This document shows positions 9,307 to 21,571 of a DNA stretch of 64,000 nt, piece after piece. Within the stretch, counting starts at the first letter, position 1; each line of letters begins with the position of its first letter. The stretch covers positions 1 through 64,000 of IMG/VR virus record IMGVR_UViG_3300014050_000003. The stretch is one strand, 5' to 3'. The stretch is from a virus. The notes beneath the pieces are model-generated. The model did no database searches, had not been told where the DNA came from, and saw only the letters and a program-made list of their open reading frames with translations. The translations under genes and the position numbers were made by a program.

Positions 9307-9498
9307 TTATTTATTATTTTTAAACTTTTCTTCGCTAGGAGTTTCACCAGCATCTTCTTTGTTAAAGATAGTCCTTTTGGGACGAACCTTCTTCATCTCT
9401 TTGCTTCTTTTTGTGTTACCCCAAGGATTCATACCAGAATTTTTAATATTATTCACGATGAATCTAATTTCTTTTATTTCTTGTTTTGTTAGTGCCAT
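9307..9498 (-). CDS. Basic hypothetical protein, copy 2
   Basis: Paralogue of 6062-6253; the true start is probably MALTKQ, which has a GGAG upstream. Confidence 0.8.
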   Translation of the reverse strand: MALTKQEIKEIRFIVNNIKNSGMNPWGNTKRSKEMKKVRPKRTIFNKEDAGETPSEEKFKNNK

Positions 9499-9920
9499 AG
9501 TGTCTCCTTTATACAAGTCTTTTAATAAAAGAGCAAACAAAAAGTATCAATGTTATACAAATTATTGCTCCTGCCATTCATATATAATACATCACTTTAA
9601 ATTGTTGAGCAAGAGTTATTTGCGTTTGTTTTTAGTTTTCTTTTGCTCTGCTTGCCACTTTTTAAATTGTTCTAAACGAACTTCAAGTCTACCAACAGAA
9701 AACCAATCTTCTGATTTGATGGCATCTTTAATAAAAGCCTCGATTTGCTCTACGGATTCGTATTTGCTGAACATTATTTAAATTTAATTTAAATTGATTA
9801 TTTTGTCAATGCTTTTTGCACTTACACGAACCACAATTCTTATTACATTTAACTTTTTCTGGAACTATTCTTGTTTTACAACCAGCACAACCACACTCTA
9901 GCTTTATGCTACACAACCAC

Positions 9921-10809
9921 TTAAACGCTTTTTTTAGTTTTTTTAGCACTTTTCTTTTTAGCTTTCTTTTTCTTTTTTGGTTTCTCTACCCAAGCACCAG
10001 CAATTCCCTCTGCTTGGTCTAATTCAGATGTATATTCTTCACCAACAAAAGGTTCTACTTCATAAGAATTGTTATTTAATTTATCTTTGATAGCGTAGAA
10101 AGCATCTTCAATTTTCCATCTAATAGTCCAATAAATTTCTGATAGAAAATTCATACACGAACTCCAAAAACTCCACCTAAAATAAAACAAACTGAAAGAA
10201 TTATAATTTCCATAATATTGTTATACTTGCTATTACACCTTCTTTTTAGCCTTTTCCTTAATATTTTTATTATGGGCTAAAACATCATCTAAATATTTAT
10301 TAATCATATTACGGCAAGTCCTCTCTTTTTCGGGATCTTTACTATAATAGGATTTTTCAAGAGCAAGTAATTGATCTCGCCAATGATTTAAACTGGCGAT
10401 ATGCTCTGTTAAAAATTCAATTTTAGCTTTCTTTGGTGGCATTTCTTACTTCCTCTCTCCATTCTTCAACAAGTTTTTCTGAATCATAATAGTCGTAATT
10501 TTGATTAGTTCTTAATAGATAAAAGATTTTATCACTAGAATCAATTTTATCTACAATATTTTTATAACCTTCTTTTAAATGTTCTTTATCAACAAAATAA
10601 TGACTTTTCATATATGGTTTTACCATATTATCTTTACTAAAAATACTTTGAGTTAATAGATAACCATTCTTATCATCCTTTTGGCAAAGAATCACGCTTT
10701 TATATTTATCTTTAGCATACAAATCAGAAAATTCTTTTGATAATCCTAAATTAATAATGCAATTATGATGATAAACACCAAAAAAACTAATGGTATTATC
10801 AATAATCAT
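9921..10809 (-). CDS. Hypothetical proteins (9921-10190, 10233-10442, 10423-10809)
   Basis: Co-oriented ORFs; 9921-10190 ends in a Lys-rich tail. Confidence 0.55.
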
Positions 10810-10810
10810 T

Positions 10811-11284
10811 TTAATATACAGCTACTTTAACTATTTTAGGATTATTATTAACAAACCTCATAGCTTCTCTTTCGGTCATAAAGAAAATATCAATAACTGG
10901 ATATTTACCTTGACTAGCTTTTTTACGGATAACATCTGTGCCAGTATCGTGAGCTACTCTAAATCCAAGATTAGGAATATAAACTTTTGAGAAGTAAGGA
11001 ATAATTCTAGGGTCTACTGCAACACTTTTATTAGGTTTAAGAGTTGCACCAGTTGAGCTTTGACGCTTTCTGCTCCAACTATCTGTATCGCTACCTTTTG
11101 CCCAATAAGCAGTTAAGCGAACTTTGATTTCTTTTTTAGGAGTTAAATCTTTAATAAAAGATTCAATCATTTGATTCTTAATAGTATTAGGAATAATAGG
11201 TTTATGAGATGATGCTGTGATTTCGTTCTTGAAAAAAATCCAAGAAGCACACAACAACACGGCTATTCTACATAGTATTTTCAT
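10811..11284 (-). CDS. 3D-domain (DPBB) putative peptidoglycan hydrolase with N-terminal signal
   Basis: VRLTAYW...STGATL...VAVDPRIIP..SKVYIP..G..VAHDTG...IDIFF contains the three Asp residues of the 3D domain. Confidence 0.85.
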   Translation of the reverse strand: MKILCRIAVLLCASWIFFKNEITASSHKPIIPNTIKNQMIESFIKDLTPKKEIKVRLTAYWAKGSDTDSWSRKRQSSTGATLKPNKSVAVDPRIIPYFSKVYIPNLGFRVAHDTGTDVIRKKASQGKYPVIDIFFMTEREAMRFVNNNPKIVKVAVY

Positions 11285-11401
11285 AACTTGTCCTCGACTT
11301 ATTTAAGATTAATTTAAATTGATTAAAATGTCAAGCTAGATTAACTTCTTCTAGCGACTGGATATTTCCTTATGATTAATAGACTTCATAACAATATAGA
11401 T

Positions 11402-11436
11402 TACACTCATAGGGTGGTTTATGCCCTATGAATGTA
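11402..11436 (-). terminator. 13-bp hairpin, putative terminator or stabiliser
   Basis: TACATTCATAGGG-loop-CCCTATGAGTGTA just after the stop of 11450-11626. Confidence 0.5.
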
Positions 11437-11449
11437 TCCTATAATAGTA

Positions 11450-11626
11450 TTACTTGGTAAGAAGATCAGAAGCTCGGAGCTTACTGGTCAATTTACGCTT
11501 GTCAAAGGAACGCCAATGACGAGCGTGTTGATTAACCTTATCAAGAACCTTTGCTTCACTAATGGTAAATGTGCCATTAGTGTTGTCAGTCATCTTAACG
11601 AAGTATGTTTTAGGTCTGTTTGCCAT
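11450..11626 (-). CDS. 58-aa hypothetical protein
   Basis: Not in the track. MANRPKTYFVKMTDNTNGTFTISEAKVLDKVNQHARHWRSFDKRKLTSKLRASDLLTK, co-oriented with neighbours and with a promoter upstream. Confidence 0.65.
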   Translation of the reverse strand: MANRPKTYFVKMTDNTNGTFTISEAKVLDKVNQHARHWRSFDKRKLTSKLRASDLLTK

Positions 11627-11648
11627 AATGATTAATAATATATATATT

Positions 11649-12062
11649 TTAACTATTTGTCAAATTATATTTATCAAATCCACCCTTAATATTGCTATAA
11701 TAAACATTTTTAAAATTTAGCTGATGAATCATATCGGTGCATCCAGAACAAGGAGCAGAATGATCTAATAGATTATTTCGATTGATTCTAGTATTAACAA
11801 GAGTTAATTTAGAGCAATCTTCTTCACCAAGTTTAATAACTGCATTTAATTCAGCGTGAGTTCCAACAATATCACTAATCTTTTCTTTATTTTTATTTAC
11901 ATAATTGTATTTTAAATTCATTGGATGAGTTTTTAAAGAGTTCATTCCAATACTAATAATACGATTGCGGTCAAGAATAAAAGAAAAGTGACGGCATCTT
12001 AAATCTGCATTATGCTTATTGATTAAGGCATAAGTAACCTCAATAATTTTATTGAAGTTCAT
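11649..12062 (-). CDS. Zn-dependent cytidine-deaminase-fold protein
   Basis: THAELNAV ... SAPCSGC (HAE/PCxxC) motifs. Confidence 0.8.
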   Translation of the reverse strand: MNFNKIIEVTYALINKHNADLRCRHFSFILDRNRIISIGMNSLKTHPMNLKYNYVNKNKEKISDIVGTHAELNAVIKLGEEDCSKLTLVNTRINRNNLLDHSAPCSGCTDMIHQLNFKNVYYSNIKGGFDKYNLTNS

Positions 12063-12066
12063 TGTA

Positions 12067-14414
12067 TTAATCTTTTTTATCTAAATCTTGATATTGTTTT
12101 TCGACTTCTTCTGATTCTTTGTCTAATTGTTCTTGAAATTCTTTTAAATAACTATCAATCTTATCTAAATCTGGAGCTTTTTGACTATAAAAATTACTAA
12201 TATAATTTGTGTTAGTATTACCAAAAAGAATCCTGCAAATTAAATGGATGCCAAATCCTTGAAGTATAGATAGATGAATATTAAAAGTTGGCTCAAAAAG
12301 ATAATTCCAACTCAAAGTTATAATCGTGCCATAAACAATTCCGAAGAAAAGGTAAGTTGTAGCAAGATTAAGCCAATCAATTTTTTTATTCATATCTCTC
12401 CAAGTATTTAGGAGTAAAATCACCTACATAAGCACCTTGGATATTAAATTCAAAATATTCAAACGCTTCAAAATAATCAATTTTAAATTCTCTAACGAGT
12501 TGTTTAATCATCTTCGACTTATCATAAACTGCAACTGGATTACCATTATCATTAGGAATAAAACCTATAAGGCAATTATCAAATCCATCTGCAAGAAGAA
12601 TTTTGTCTTTAAAATCTGGATAATTAATTTCAATGAATTGCGAGATTTCTTTTCTCGCCTTACTTATTTTTGCGATTGCCATAATATAGGGTGTCCTTTT
12701 AAAGAAAGTTATACTCACATTTTAACTTAGACGCAAGCATTATTTTTTAAATCTGTTATTAAAAGTTAAAAGTATAAAATAAAAAGGATAAAGTGCGTAG
12801 TATAAAATATTAAAAATAAATGTAGTAAAAAAATTTAAAACTTTCATTTTTTAATATATTTCTTGATTTTCTTTACAAGAGCTTCAACCTTATCAAGTTC
12901 TTGGCGTTTAATTCCAGATATATCTTTATTATGCTGATCGTGCCAAGCTACCAAAGCTGTAATATCATTTTCTAGTTCTTCGAGTTCTTTATTAACTCTG
13001 CCTACTATTGTTTTTTGATTTTCCATAAATTATCCCAAAAAGTTTTTAAGATATTCGTTCATTTCGTTTTCTTGTTCAATGATATATTTGAATTTGATAT
13101 AAAATTCATTTAATTTTAAAGCGATACTAGCTGGAATTGTAGAGTTATTATTTTCTTCATACCAAGAAACAAATTCCTTCATAGTGCGAAGTGCCTTGAC
13201 TTGTTCTTCCATACAAGAGATACTAACCTAGTTTTATTTTTTAATCAACTTTAATTTTGAATGATCTGCAAATAATTTTGGATTATCTTTATAAAGTTCT
13301 TCGAGACAATTTCTTGTAAATTCTCTTAAAAATTTTTCATCTTTAATAGCATCAACAATTTTTTTAGCCATTAAAGCAAAAGTCTTTTCTTCTTTCTCTA
13401 AACCTTTTTCTATTCGTGATTTTTCTACTTTTTTTCTGCCCATAATTCTAATTACACATTAGAACTTAAATTCAAACTGCTCTGCCATGTATTTCGGATT
13501 GGTTTCATATTTTTCAGAATATAATTGACAAAGCTGAAAATCTGTTAAATTATTTAAATATCCGAGAATCCTATCTACAAGAGTTGCTGGATGTTCTTTT
13601 AAATATGCTTTCTTTAAATCTGATAGGATTTTTGATCTTGGATTATTCATTTTCTTTCTCCAATAAAAATTCTGGAATCATATCTTCTTTTGCGTTCTTA
13701 TCTTCGATAACATCAATCCAATTACCAATGTTACCATACTTAACACCTTGCATTAAATCTTCATATAAACATTCGTAAGCTCGTTCAACCATTTCTTGAT
13801 TGTCCATATCTACAATATAATTTAAATCCAAACAAACTCGTCCCATTTTCATTTTTGGTTTTTATACTCCTTTACAAATTCACTTGCTTCTTCAAGAATA
13901 TTAGTGAAGTGAATTGTCCTATAATCGTGAGGACAATCCTCGTCAGCTTGATCTACAAGTTCTGCAAGTAACTTAATTGCTTTTTCCATTTCTTTATTTT
14001 GCTTCTTTTTCATTTTTTGTCAAACCAAATCCCAACTTTGGCCTTTCATCTTCGCTAAATAATTCTATGATACGAATATTGTCTTTTAAATGCCAATCAG
14101 CATTTATTTTAATACATTTCTTTGCAGGGGAAATTTCTGTTACTTTTCCTTCTTGAATTGCATATTTATTGATAGGATAATTTAAATAAAGGATTTTGCG
14201 GTCAATTAAATCTTCTAGTTTCATCTTTTTATTATACCATTAATTTAGATCATTAAAATAAATATCTATTTTTTCTACTAATTTATAATATTTATCAGTA
14301 GCATCGTGAGCTATTGAAACCTCATCTAGAAATTCTTTATTAGTCAATAAATCACCAAGAATACCCATAGCCAATTCAATTTCGCCGTCAGTAAAATAAG
14401 ATGATGCTTTCATA
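12067..14414 (-). CDS. Run of small hypothetical phage genes (12067-12423 membrane, 12386-12718, 12844-13026, 13030-13212, 13234-13443, 13459-13650, 13643-13852, 13994-14224, 14240-~14413)
   Basis: Densely packed, co-oriented ORFs; 12386-12718 carries the LADGFD..LIG...YFEFNI.GAYVG..TP motif seen in many phage hypotheticals. Confidence 0.6.
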
Positions 14415-15092
14415 TTAAAAAGGTTTGAGAACATATCCCCAATAATCACTATCTGGCTTTTTCTGAATATCATCCCACATAATACAACGAGCAATATACG
14501 ATGGAACATTTAATCTTTGGCAATTTTCCATCCAATGTTGCTCCATAGCTTTATACTTTATAGCACCAGTTTTTGATTTTGTATATTTTAAATCTGGCAT
14601 ACCATAAAAACGCAGATGGTGAACATCACCGCACAAAACTCTGGCAAAAAGCGGGTCAATCATCTCAAAGCTAAAACTTACTTTAGCATAACTTAACCCA
14701 CGAATACGCTCCACAAGATTATCACGAACAGAAACATATCGGTTTCTCTTTGTAGGGCAAGAAAAATCTTTGGGATTCTGCCAGAAATCTTTTGAGAAAT
14801 CCCAAATATAATCTGTGCGTTCTTTTTGGCAACCAACACCAGAACGAGTAAGACGCTTTAAAAGTTCTTTACGATTATGCTTCCAATAAACAAAATCACG
14901 AATTGCAAGATAACCATTAATATTACCTTTCCAAGTGGTATGAACAGAGCAAAATGCAAAAAGCCAACGCCTAAAAACATCTTCATCAGTCTTGGGTCTT
15001 AAACTCTCCCAATACTGCTTGTAAGGTTCTACTTTGTGGCTATGAAGCTCGTTAAAGCTGGCGAAAAACTGATCTGGTTTAGTTGTATCCAT
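14415..15092 (-). CDS. HhH-type DNA glycosylase/AP lyase (OGG/EndoIII-like)
   Basis: RDNLVERIRGLSYAKVSF (helix-hairpin-helix with catalytic K) followed by GDVHHLR (catalytic D). Confidence 0.65.
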   Translation of the reverse strand: MDTTKPDQFFASFNELHSHKVEPYKQYWESLRPKTDEDVFRRWLFAFCSVHTTWKGNINGYLAIRDFVYWKHNRKELLKRLTRSGVGCQKERTDYIWDFSKDFWQNPKDFSCPTKRNRYVSVRDNLVERIRGLSYAKVSFSFEMIDPLFARVLCGDVHHLRFYGMPDLKYTKSKTGAIKYKAMEQHWMENCQRLNVPSYIARCIMWDDIQKKPDSDYWGYVLKPF

Positions 15093-15122
15093 AGATCAAA
15101 TATAATTTAAATTTAATTTAAG

Positions 15123-15779
15123 TCAAAGAAAATCTTTTTCTGTAACAGGATTAAATAATCCTTTTTGTATAGACCATTCCTCCCAAGTATTTATAATAGA
15201 AATAGCTTTGTTTATATTTTTTATCTTAAATAAATTATTTTTTTGAATTTGATTTAAATTTACTAATTGATTGTGTTTTTTCGTATTTATATCAATATAA
15301 TTGATATGTAATAACTTACATAAATCTTTTTCTAAGGAATCAAATTTAATAAATTTGACATTTTTTGGTATTTCATTATTTATTGTGCAAAAAGACTTTA
15401 TATTTCTTGTCCATCTTTTTTGACCTAATTTTAGTATAAATGATTCAAAATCATTTGAATAAGTTCCTTTAAAACGATGAAATTTATAAAGAGATTTAAC
15501 TCTATCCAATGGATTTCTTAAACAAATAATTATGTTTTTAATATTATTTATATTGGGTAATTCGTTTTCTTTTTTAGAAAAAAACTCAATTTCTTCTAGA
15601 GACAAATGAACAAAATTATCTTTTATTTGAATAAAATCTTGTTTATTAAAGAATTTAGGATGAGTTTTCTTTTGTGCTAAATATATTGGTTTCTCTAAAA
15701 TTGGAATTAATGAACTTTTTATACATTTACCAGCAGTTCTTGGTATATGTATAAATAAATAATCTTTATTATATAACAT
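15123..15779 (-). CDS. Sulfotransferase family protein
   Basis: FIHIPRTAG 5'-PAPS loop and RNPLDRVKS 3'-phosphate motif. Confidence 0.8.
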   Translation of the reverse strand: MLYNKDYLFIHIPRTAGKCIKSSLIPILEKPIYLAQKKTHPKFFNKQDFIQIKDNFVHLSLEEIEFFSKKENELPNINNIKNIIICLRNPLDRVKSLYKFHRFKGTYSNDFESFILKLGQKRWTRNIKSFCTINNEIPKNVKFIKFDSLEKDLCKLLHINYIDINTKKHNQLVNLNQIQKNNLFKIKNINKAISIINTWEEWSIQKGLFNPVTEKDFL

Positions 15780-18700
15780 TATTTGCCGTCATTCTCCATC
15801 CAATTTCTTGCATGATAAGGACTTGGAAAAATTTTTACTATTTTTGCATCAATAAATTTTGCGTGAGGATAATTAAATTTTTGCGTTTCCTCATAAACTG
15901 CCCATTTATCAATAGGCTTACCAAACTCATCTTCAAGTTCTTTTATATATCTAATTACTTTCATATTTATCTAAAAAATTATTTGCATCTTTTAATTTCT
16001 TGAAAGTTTTAAGTTTAATAGTTTTAACTACTGGAGTTTTATAAACTGAAAAAGATTGAATATAGTTTCCATCTTTATCTTTATTTTGTTCTATATAATA
16101 TGTATATTTGATATTATTCATACAATCACATTAATTTTTGCGTTAAGTTTATAAACTCTATCGCCTTGTTGTTCATCGGGGTCATTTAAAGTGTTACGCT
16201 TTTTATCGCTAAATCCAAATACTTTACCATCATCAAGATCAACAATATTATTTGAACCATTTTTAATTTTCATATAAATCGAATGATTACCTTTTTGCAC
16301 AGATTCGGGGTCAAAAAAAGAGAAAACATCTCCTTCTTTGAGCGAATTAAATTCTACCATAGCTTCTTTGTCTCTTGATGTTATTGTGTATTTCATAAAT
16401 TAAAATGGTCTAAAGTTATACATCCTTTCAGCTATCTTACTTATATTTGATTTATTTGTCAAACTGAATCCGTATTTTTTCTTAAATTTTTCTAATAAAA
16501 TTTTATTGATAGTTTCTTTTCCAAAATGTCCAATCGTGCTTTCGTCAGTCAAAATATATTCGCCTTTTTTTAAATTAAATAAAGCCATTATTTCTTGGAC
16601 TTGATCTGCATACTTGTCTATTGCTTTTGTTTCAGCGAACTCAATAATTTCACCATCGTATGAAATTAATTTTCCTTTATTAAAATCGTATCTAGGTTTC
16701 ATCATTTGCTCCATTGAAACTCAAGAATCCAACCTAACCAATTAATCCCACATTCAATATAATATTTATTTTTATGTCCAAAAGGTTTGGGAATCCATCT
16801 AAATTTATACGAATTTAAAATATAAAGCCCCATATCTTTAACTCTCATACGATAATATACTTTGCTAATAAATATATCATTAGCTTTTAAATACATTTTA
16901 AAATCTTTCTTCGTTGTCCTCTTGCTTTTTCTTTTCATCTTCTTCAAGAATTTTCCTTGTTAATTTATTAATATCAAACGCTAAATTATATAACGATTGA
17001 TCTATTTTTTCTAAAACTGCTTTAATTTGATATAGTGTTCTATCTGTATTCATTATTTTAATCCCATAAATCTTTAAAGTAAAGTCCAAGTAAAAGAAGT
17101 CCATTTCTTTGACGCTCATAGGCTTTATTTAGTTTAGTATAATCTGGTTTAATATCATTTTCTGCTTCAAATTCGACTAAATAATTGTCATTAGATTCTT
17201 TTGTTAAAAACATTTTATTATCTTTGATTGGGTCAAATCCTTTTGGATAAACTTCATAAAGTTCTTCTAAGCTAATTTTGGGATTTTCTTCATCAACAAT
17301 CATTTGAAGTGCGAAAATAATTTCATCTAAAACATATTCATATTCTTTTTGATCTAAAGAAATTCCTAGACCAGTTGTTTTATCTGTATAACAACCAAGA
17401 GTTTTATTAAATTCAAAAACATTTTCTTCTGCAACATACGGAACAATCTTATTATCAATAATTAAATGATGACGATTAGCAAGACTATGATAGTTTTTAC
17501 GAAGATGCTTGATTATTGGAAGCATAAACTTTGCTGTGGATTGTGGAAGATTCCAACAATCACTATCAGAATAACCACGAATTAATTTTTGAAAAGTATT
17601 TTTTACTTTCCATTTGCCATTTAGAATACTATGATACCAATAATTAGTCTCGCCAAGAAACCAATTTAAAATAGGATTCTTGTGAAATCTAAAACTTTGC
17701 ATTAATTCTTCTAAAGTTTGTCTTTCGCTCATATTTTATTTATTGTTTCCCTTACTGAATCTAACACTTCTTTAAGGTCTTGTAAAGAAAATGATGTAAT
17801 TCCACCATTAAAACTATAACCTTCTTTTTCTTTTTCGAAAGTAACCATAAGTCTAGTTTCTGGACAAGTATAAGTTGTTCCTCCCCAAGATGTTCCTTGG
17901 GCTTCTTTTCCGTAGAAATATGCAGTTGCTACTGGATTTTTACTATTAAGATTAGCCATACGAATAGTTACTGCATCACAAGGAAATTTATCCGTAGATG
18001 TTTTATTGATGATTTGTCCAGATGGAACAACTCCCTTAACTCTGCTATTCTTTTCCCAAAATATTCTATGCTTCATAGACCATCCTCCTTACATTTTTCT
18101 TCGTAATCTTTTACAAATTTATATTCTTCCCAACGCCCAGCATTAGCAAGAACATTACTTGTTAAAAGAACACGATGTTCTCCTTCTTTTTTAATATCTT
18201 TTTCTAAATATGTCAAGAGAATAACTCCAAGACCAAAATCATCATAATCTTGAATCTTTAATTCTACTCCTTCTTTTTCTTCTTGATCTAAAACGCTTTC
18301 TACTGCTCTTGTGCAAGCCTCATTATACCAATCAGTTTTATCTATTGTTTTTGTATCAATATCAACCTTTGCAAGCCAATTATGTCCAGTAACATAAACA
18401 TTCATTCTTCATCCTCATCTTCAAAATCATAAACCGCCTCATTTTCCTCTGGTGATCTAAACCAAAGATATGTGTTATCATTTCTTTGTTGAGATTCTAT
18501 AAGTTCTAGATTGCAATTTTTTAATCTTTCTTTTACAATATCTATGAAACGATTACTTACTTTAATAAACAGACTTTCATCGCCAGCAATCCATTCATAG
18601 GATTCGCCAAACTCCTCTGCAATCATTTTAATTTTAGGGTGCAAATTCATTATACATCATCCAAGTTAATTTTTTCTGGCTCACCTTCTTGGCAAAGAAG

Positions 18701-19034
18701 CTGACCTTTTAAGTGCATTAAAGTTTCAATAACAGAATCTAAATCATATTCAGAAGTATCGCTAGTATCAAAATCAACACTTTCTTGAATATTCAAAATA
18801 TCTTCTATTACCAAATCAATTTTGTCAGTTATTTTCTTGTTCATTTAGTGTCATCTCCATTTTTAGATTATCCAATTCTTTCTCACCAATATCAAGCAAA
18901 AAAGCAGAAGGATGAATATGTAAATTCATATCAAGATGAGGAATATAACAATAAAACATTTTGATTTTACTATTATAGTATTTAACTTCTGAAATTGTGC
19001 CGTATTTTTTACTTTTAATTTTAACGCTTTTCAA
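15779..19034 (-). CDS. Run of hypothetical phage genes (15779-15964, 16118-16396, 16400-16714, 16702-16947, 16898-~17053, 17058-17732, 17729-18076, 18073-18405, 18402-18650, 18650-18844, 18825-19034)
   Basis: Overlapping start/stop junctions on one strand. Confidence 0.65.
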
Positions 19035-19956
19035 GATGCTCCTTATGATAATCGTGACCTTTCTTTGTCAAGGCACGACCAGTTGGACGAACCTCAATAA
19101 GATTATTTCTCATTAAATACATTTCAACATTTTTCTGCAACATATCTTTGGTAAGATTAGTTTTAGCTGAAAGATTAGTTAATCTAACTTCACCACATTC
19201 TTTAAGAATTTTAATTACATTAAGTTCGATTTCTGTAAGGCCAAGTGGATAGATAGATAATTTGCCTTTGATCTCGCTCCATCCTTCGCTAGTTAGTTTA
19301 TTGGAATTTTTAGATGCCAAATAAGACGAGATTTGATTTGCCATAGATTGAGCTTGTCTAGCATTACCACGACAAACACTAGCAATTTCATCAATAATGT
19401 TTGCTTCAATAAACTTATTTTTAGATTTTAAATTATTCTGAATGATATTACCAAGATTAACATAAGAATAATCTTCCATATCAATTCTATAAAGTCTATC
19501 AAGAAGTGCGTGAAATAACTTCTGGACTTCTGTGGTGCAAAAAATAAAAGAGTTCTGATTGAATCTGAAAGTATAAGTTCCATCTTCAAAAGTAAATTCA
19601 TTTTGATTATTAGTATTAGGATTTAAAATAGTGAGAAGTGCCATCGTAACATCTCTAGGCAATTCACTTGCTTCATCAAAAATAATTGTGGTATCTTTGT
19701 CATAAACAAATGGAAGCATTACTTGATTAAAGAAACTCTTAACATTTTTAATTGTAGAACAATTAACGATAACATTCCTCTGACGATTCATAATCTTCGC
19801 TGTCTCTTGAGCGATCATAGTTTTACCGCATCCTCTAGGAGCAACGAAAAGAAGATGAGGCATAATCTTTGTTTGACTATATCCTTCTAAAAGAAAGTTT
19901 AACTTTGCTTTGGTTTTTTCTTGTCCAACGATTTCTGAATAATTTTCTTTCGTCAT
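19021..19956 (-). CDS. ruvB: RuvB-like Holliday junction branch-migration AAA+ ATPase
   Basis: IVGQEK, HLLFVAPRGCGKT (Walker A), IFDEA (Walker B), CRGNAR, and a C-terminal winged helix with VE.YL....I...P.GR.LT.KG. Confidence 0.85.
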   Translation of the reverse strand: MTKENYSEIVGQEKTKAKLNFLLEGYSQTKIMPHLLFVAPRGCGKTMIAQETAKIMNRQRNVIVNCSTIKNVKSFFNQVMLPFVYDKDTTIIFDEASELPRDVTMALLTILNPNTNNQNEFTFEDGTYTFRFNQNSFIFCTTEVQKLFHALLDRLYRIDMEDYSYVNLGNIIQNNLKSKNKFIEANIIDEIASVCRGNARQAQSMANQISSYLASKNSNKLTSEGWSEIKGKLSIYPLGLTEIELNVIKILKECGEVRLTNLSAKTNLTKDMLQKNVEMYLMRNNLIEVRPTGRALTKKGHDYHKEHLEKR

Positions 19957-20000
19957 GTAAACTTTATATAGTGGTTTTAAATTCTACGCAAGAAGTTTTT

Positions 20001-20633
20001 TTAAACTACTTGGAAGTCAATGGGTTGCTCTAAACTATTATAGGTTTTAGTATTGACTTCCTTTTCAATTCCTTTTATATTTAAATTGTCGAGGAATTTC
20101 TTTGATACGATAACTACTGCATCTTGCTTCAATACTTTATTAAGTTCACTTAATGGAACCATTGAAAAACAAAACGAACCTTTTTTACGACCACGATTAG
20201 ATTTCATCTTCATCTCCTTCTTCTATATGTGCATTTCTCATAGCGTTTAATAAATCAAATTTCAATGATTCTAAAACGCCAATAACTTGATAAGCTGTCA
20301 TATCACTTTCTTGAGCATACCTTAATATATCTTTATATAAAGTATCTCTCAACTGATTTCCAGCTTTACAATTAAAATTATCTTCTTCGTTCATAAACTA
20401 AACTTGCTTACTTTAATTCCAAATCCAAAAATAATCAAGCTAAATATTTTTCCGTATTCATATGATTCAAATGATATGTCTGTCCTTAAATTGAATTTAA
20501 ATCCAAACCATTTAACATCATAATTTTTAATATAACCTAGAGCGATGGTTGGTAAAGATACTTTAATTGTATAATTATTTCCTTTACCAAACCATCTCTC
20601 CTTCCACCATAAAATGTGGAAACCTAGCTTCAT
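20001..20633 (-). CDS. Hypothetical proteins (20001-20213, 20197-20394, 20391-20633)
   Basis: Co-oriented overlapping ORFs. Confidence 0.6.
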
Positions 20634-21550
20634 TATCCCTTAATGAACCTTCCAGTTTTAGGGTCACGCTTATTGTGATAATTAGCTTTAAGTGTGCCAT
20701 CATTTCCCCAACTAGGAATATCATCTTCCTCATCTTCATCATCATATTCATCATCGGGGTCTACATCATACATTTCTTCCATAGCTTCTCTAGCCTCTGG
20801 ACGATATGGATGAATAAAGTTTCCGTAAGCAATATCATAAAGTTCTTTGTCAAGAGCTTTGCGATATAGTGCAACAACTTCTAGTTTAGATGCACGAAGT
20901 TTCTGACATTCACAATCTGTTGGAACAGATACAACATCAGCAGGGTTAATCTTAACTATTACAAGATTACTGCCACCATTGAAACTTTTTGCATATTCTT
21001 CTGAGCCAGCATGATAACCAGCAGAACAACCAATATCTGCGTCATCGCAAACTTGATTCCTTGCCATCTCACGGACTTGGCCGATAGCAAAATTATGTTT
21101 GCCACTATACCAATCAGTAAAATCATTTCTAACGCTCTTGTATGCAAGGAAATCGCCATCTGGTGTGAGAGGCATTTTCTTATGCTCCAAGAATTTATAG
21201 AGTTCATTAACTGCTCTGCGAGAAGGATTTGCCATTAGCTTATCAAGAAACTTAACAAGAGGCTCATAAGGCAAACCATTCTTAATAAAGTTCAAAATTC
21301 TATCTACAACGATATTATGAATTTCCTCGCCAGCATAAGTTACAAGACCATCACGAACCTCAATCTTGCCGTGAGAGAATCGTGCAATAGCTTTGCTCTT
21401 GTCGAGAATGTCTGGAAGATCGTTGAACCTTCCTTCTCTAATTGCGATGATAGCGTCATTCCAAACTGGATTTTCGCTAGTAATAGTCTTAGGTTCATCG
21501 TTAAGAACGATGGTAAGACTACGATCTGTTAATATATATGGTATCTTCAT
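20633..21550 (-). CDS. rIIB: rIIB-like protein
   Basis: NPS.RAV.ELY.FL..K.MP.T.DG.FLAYK.V..DF.D; C..G.H; VKINPADVVSVP.D...K.R; lies directly downstream of rIIA. Confidence 0.85.
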   Translation of the reverse strand: MKIPYILTDRSLTIVLNDEPKTITSENPVWNDAIIAIREGRFNDLPDILDKSKAIARFSHGKIEVRDGLVTYAGEEIHNIVVDRILNFIKNGLPYEPLVKFLDKLMANPSRRAVNELYKFLEHKKMPLTPDGDFLAYKSVRNDFTDWYSGKHNFAIGQVREMARNQVCDDADIGCSAGYHAGSEEYAKSFNGGSNLVIVKINPADVVSVPTDCECQKLRASKLEVVALYRKALDKELYDIAYGNFIHPYRPEAREAMEEMYDVDPDDEYDDEDEEDDIPSWGNDGTLKANYHNKRDPKTGRFIKG

Positions 21551-21571
21551 TTGTGTATTGTTACTCCTTTT

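Larger units (their letters stand above)
9066..9500 (-). repeat. Duplicated cassette, copy 2
   Basis: Homologous to 5821-6255. Confidence 0.9.
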
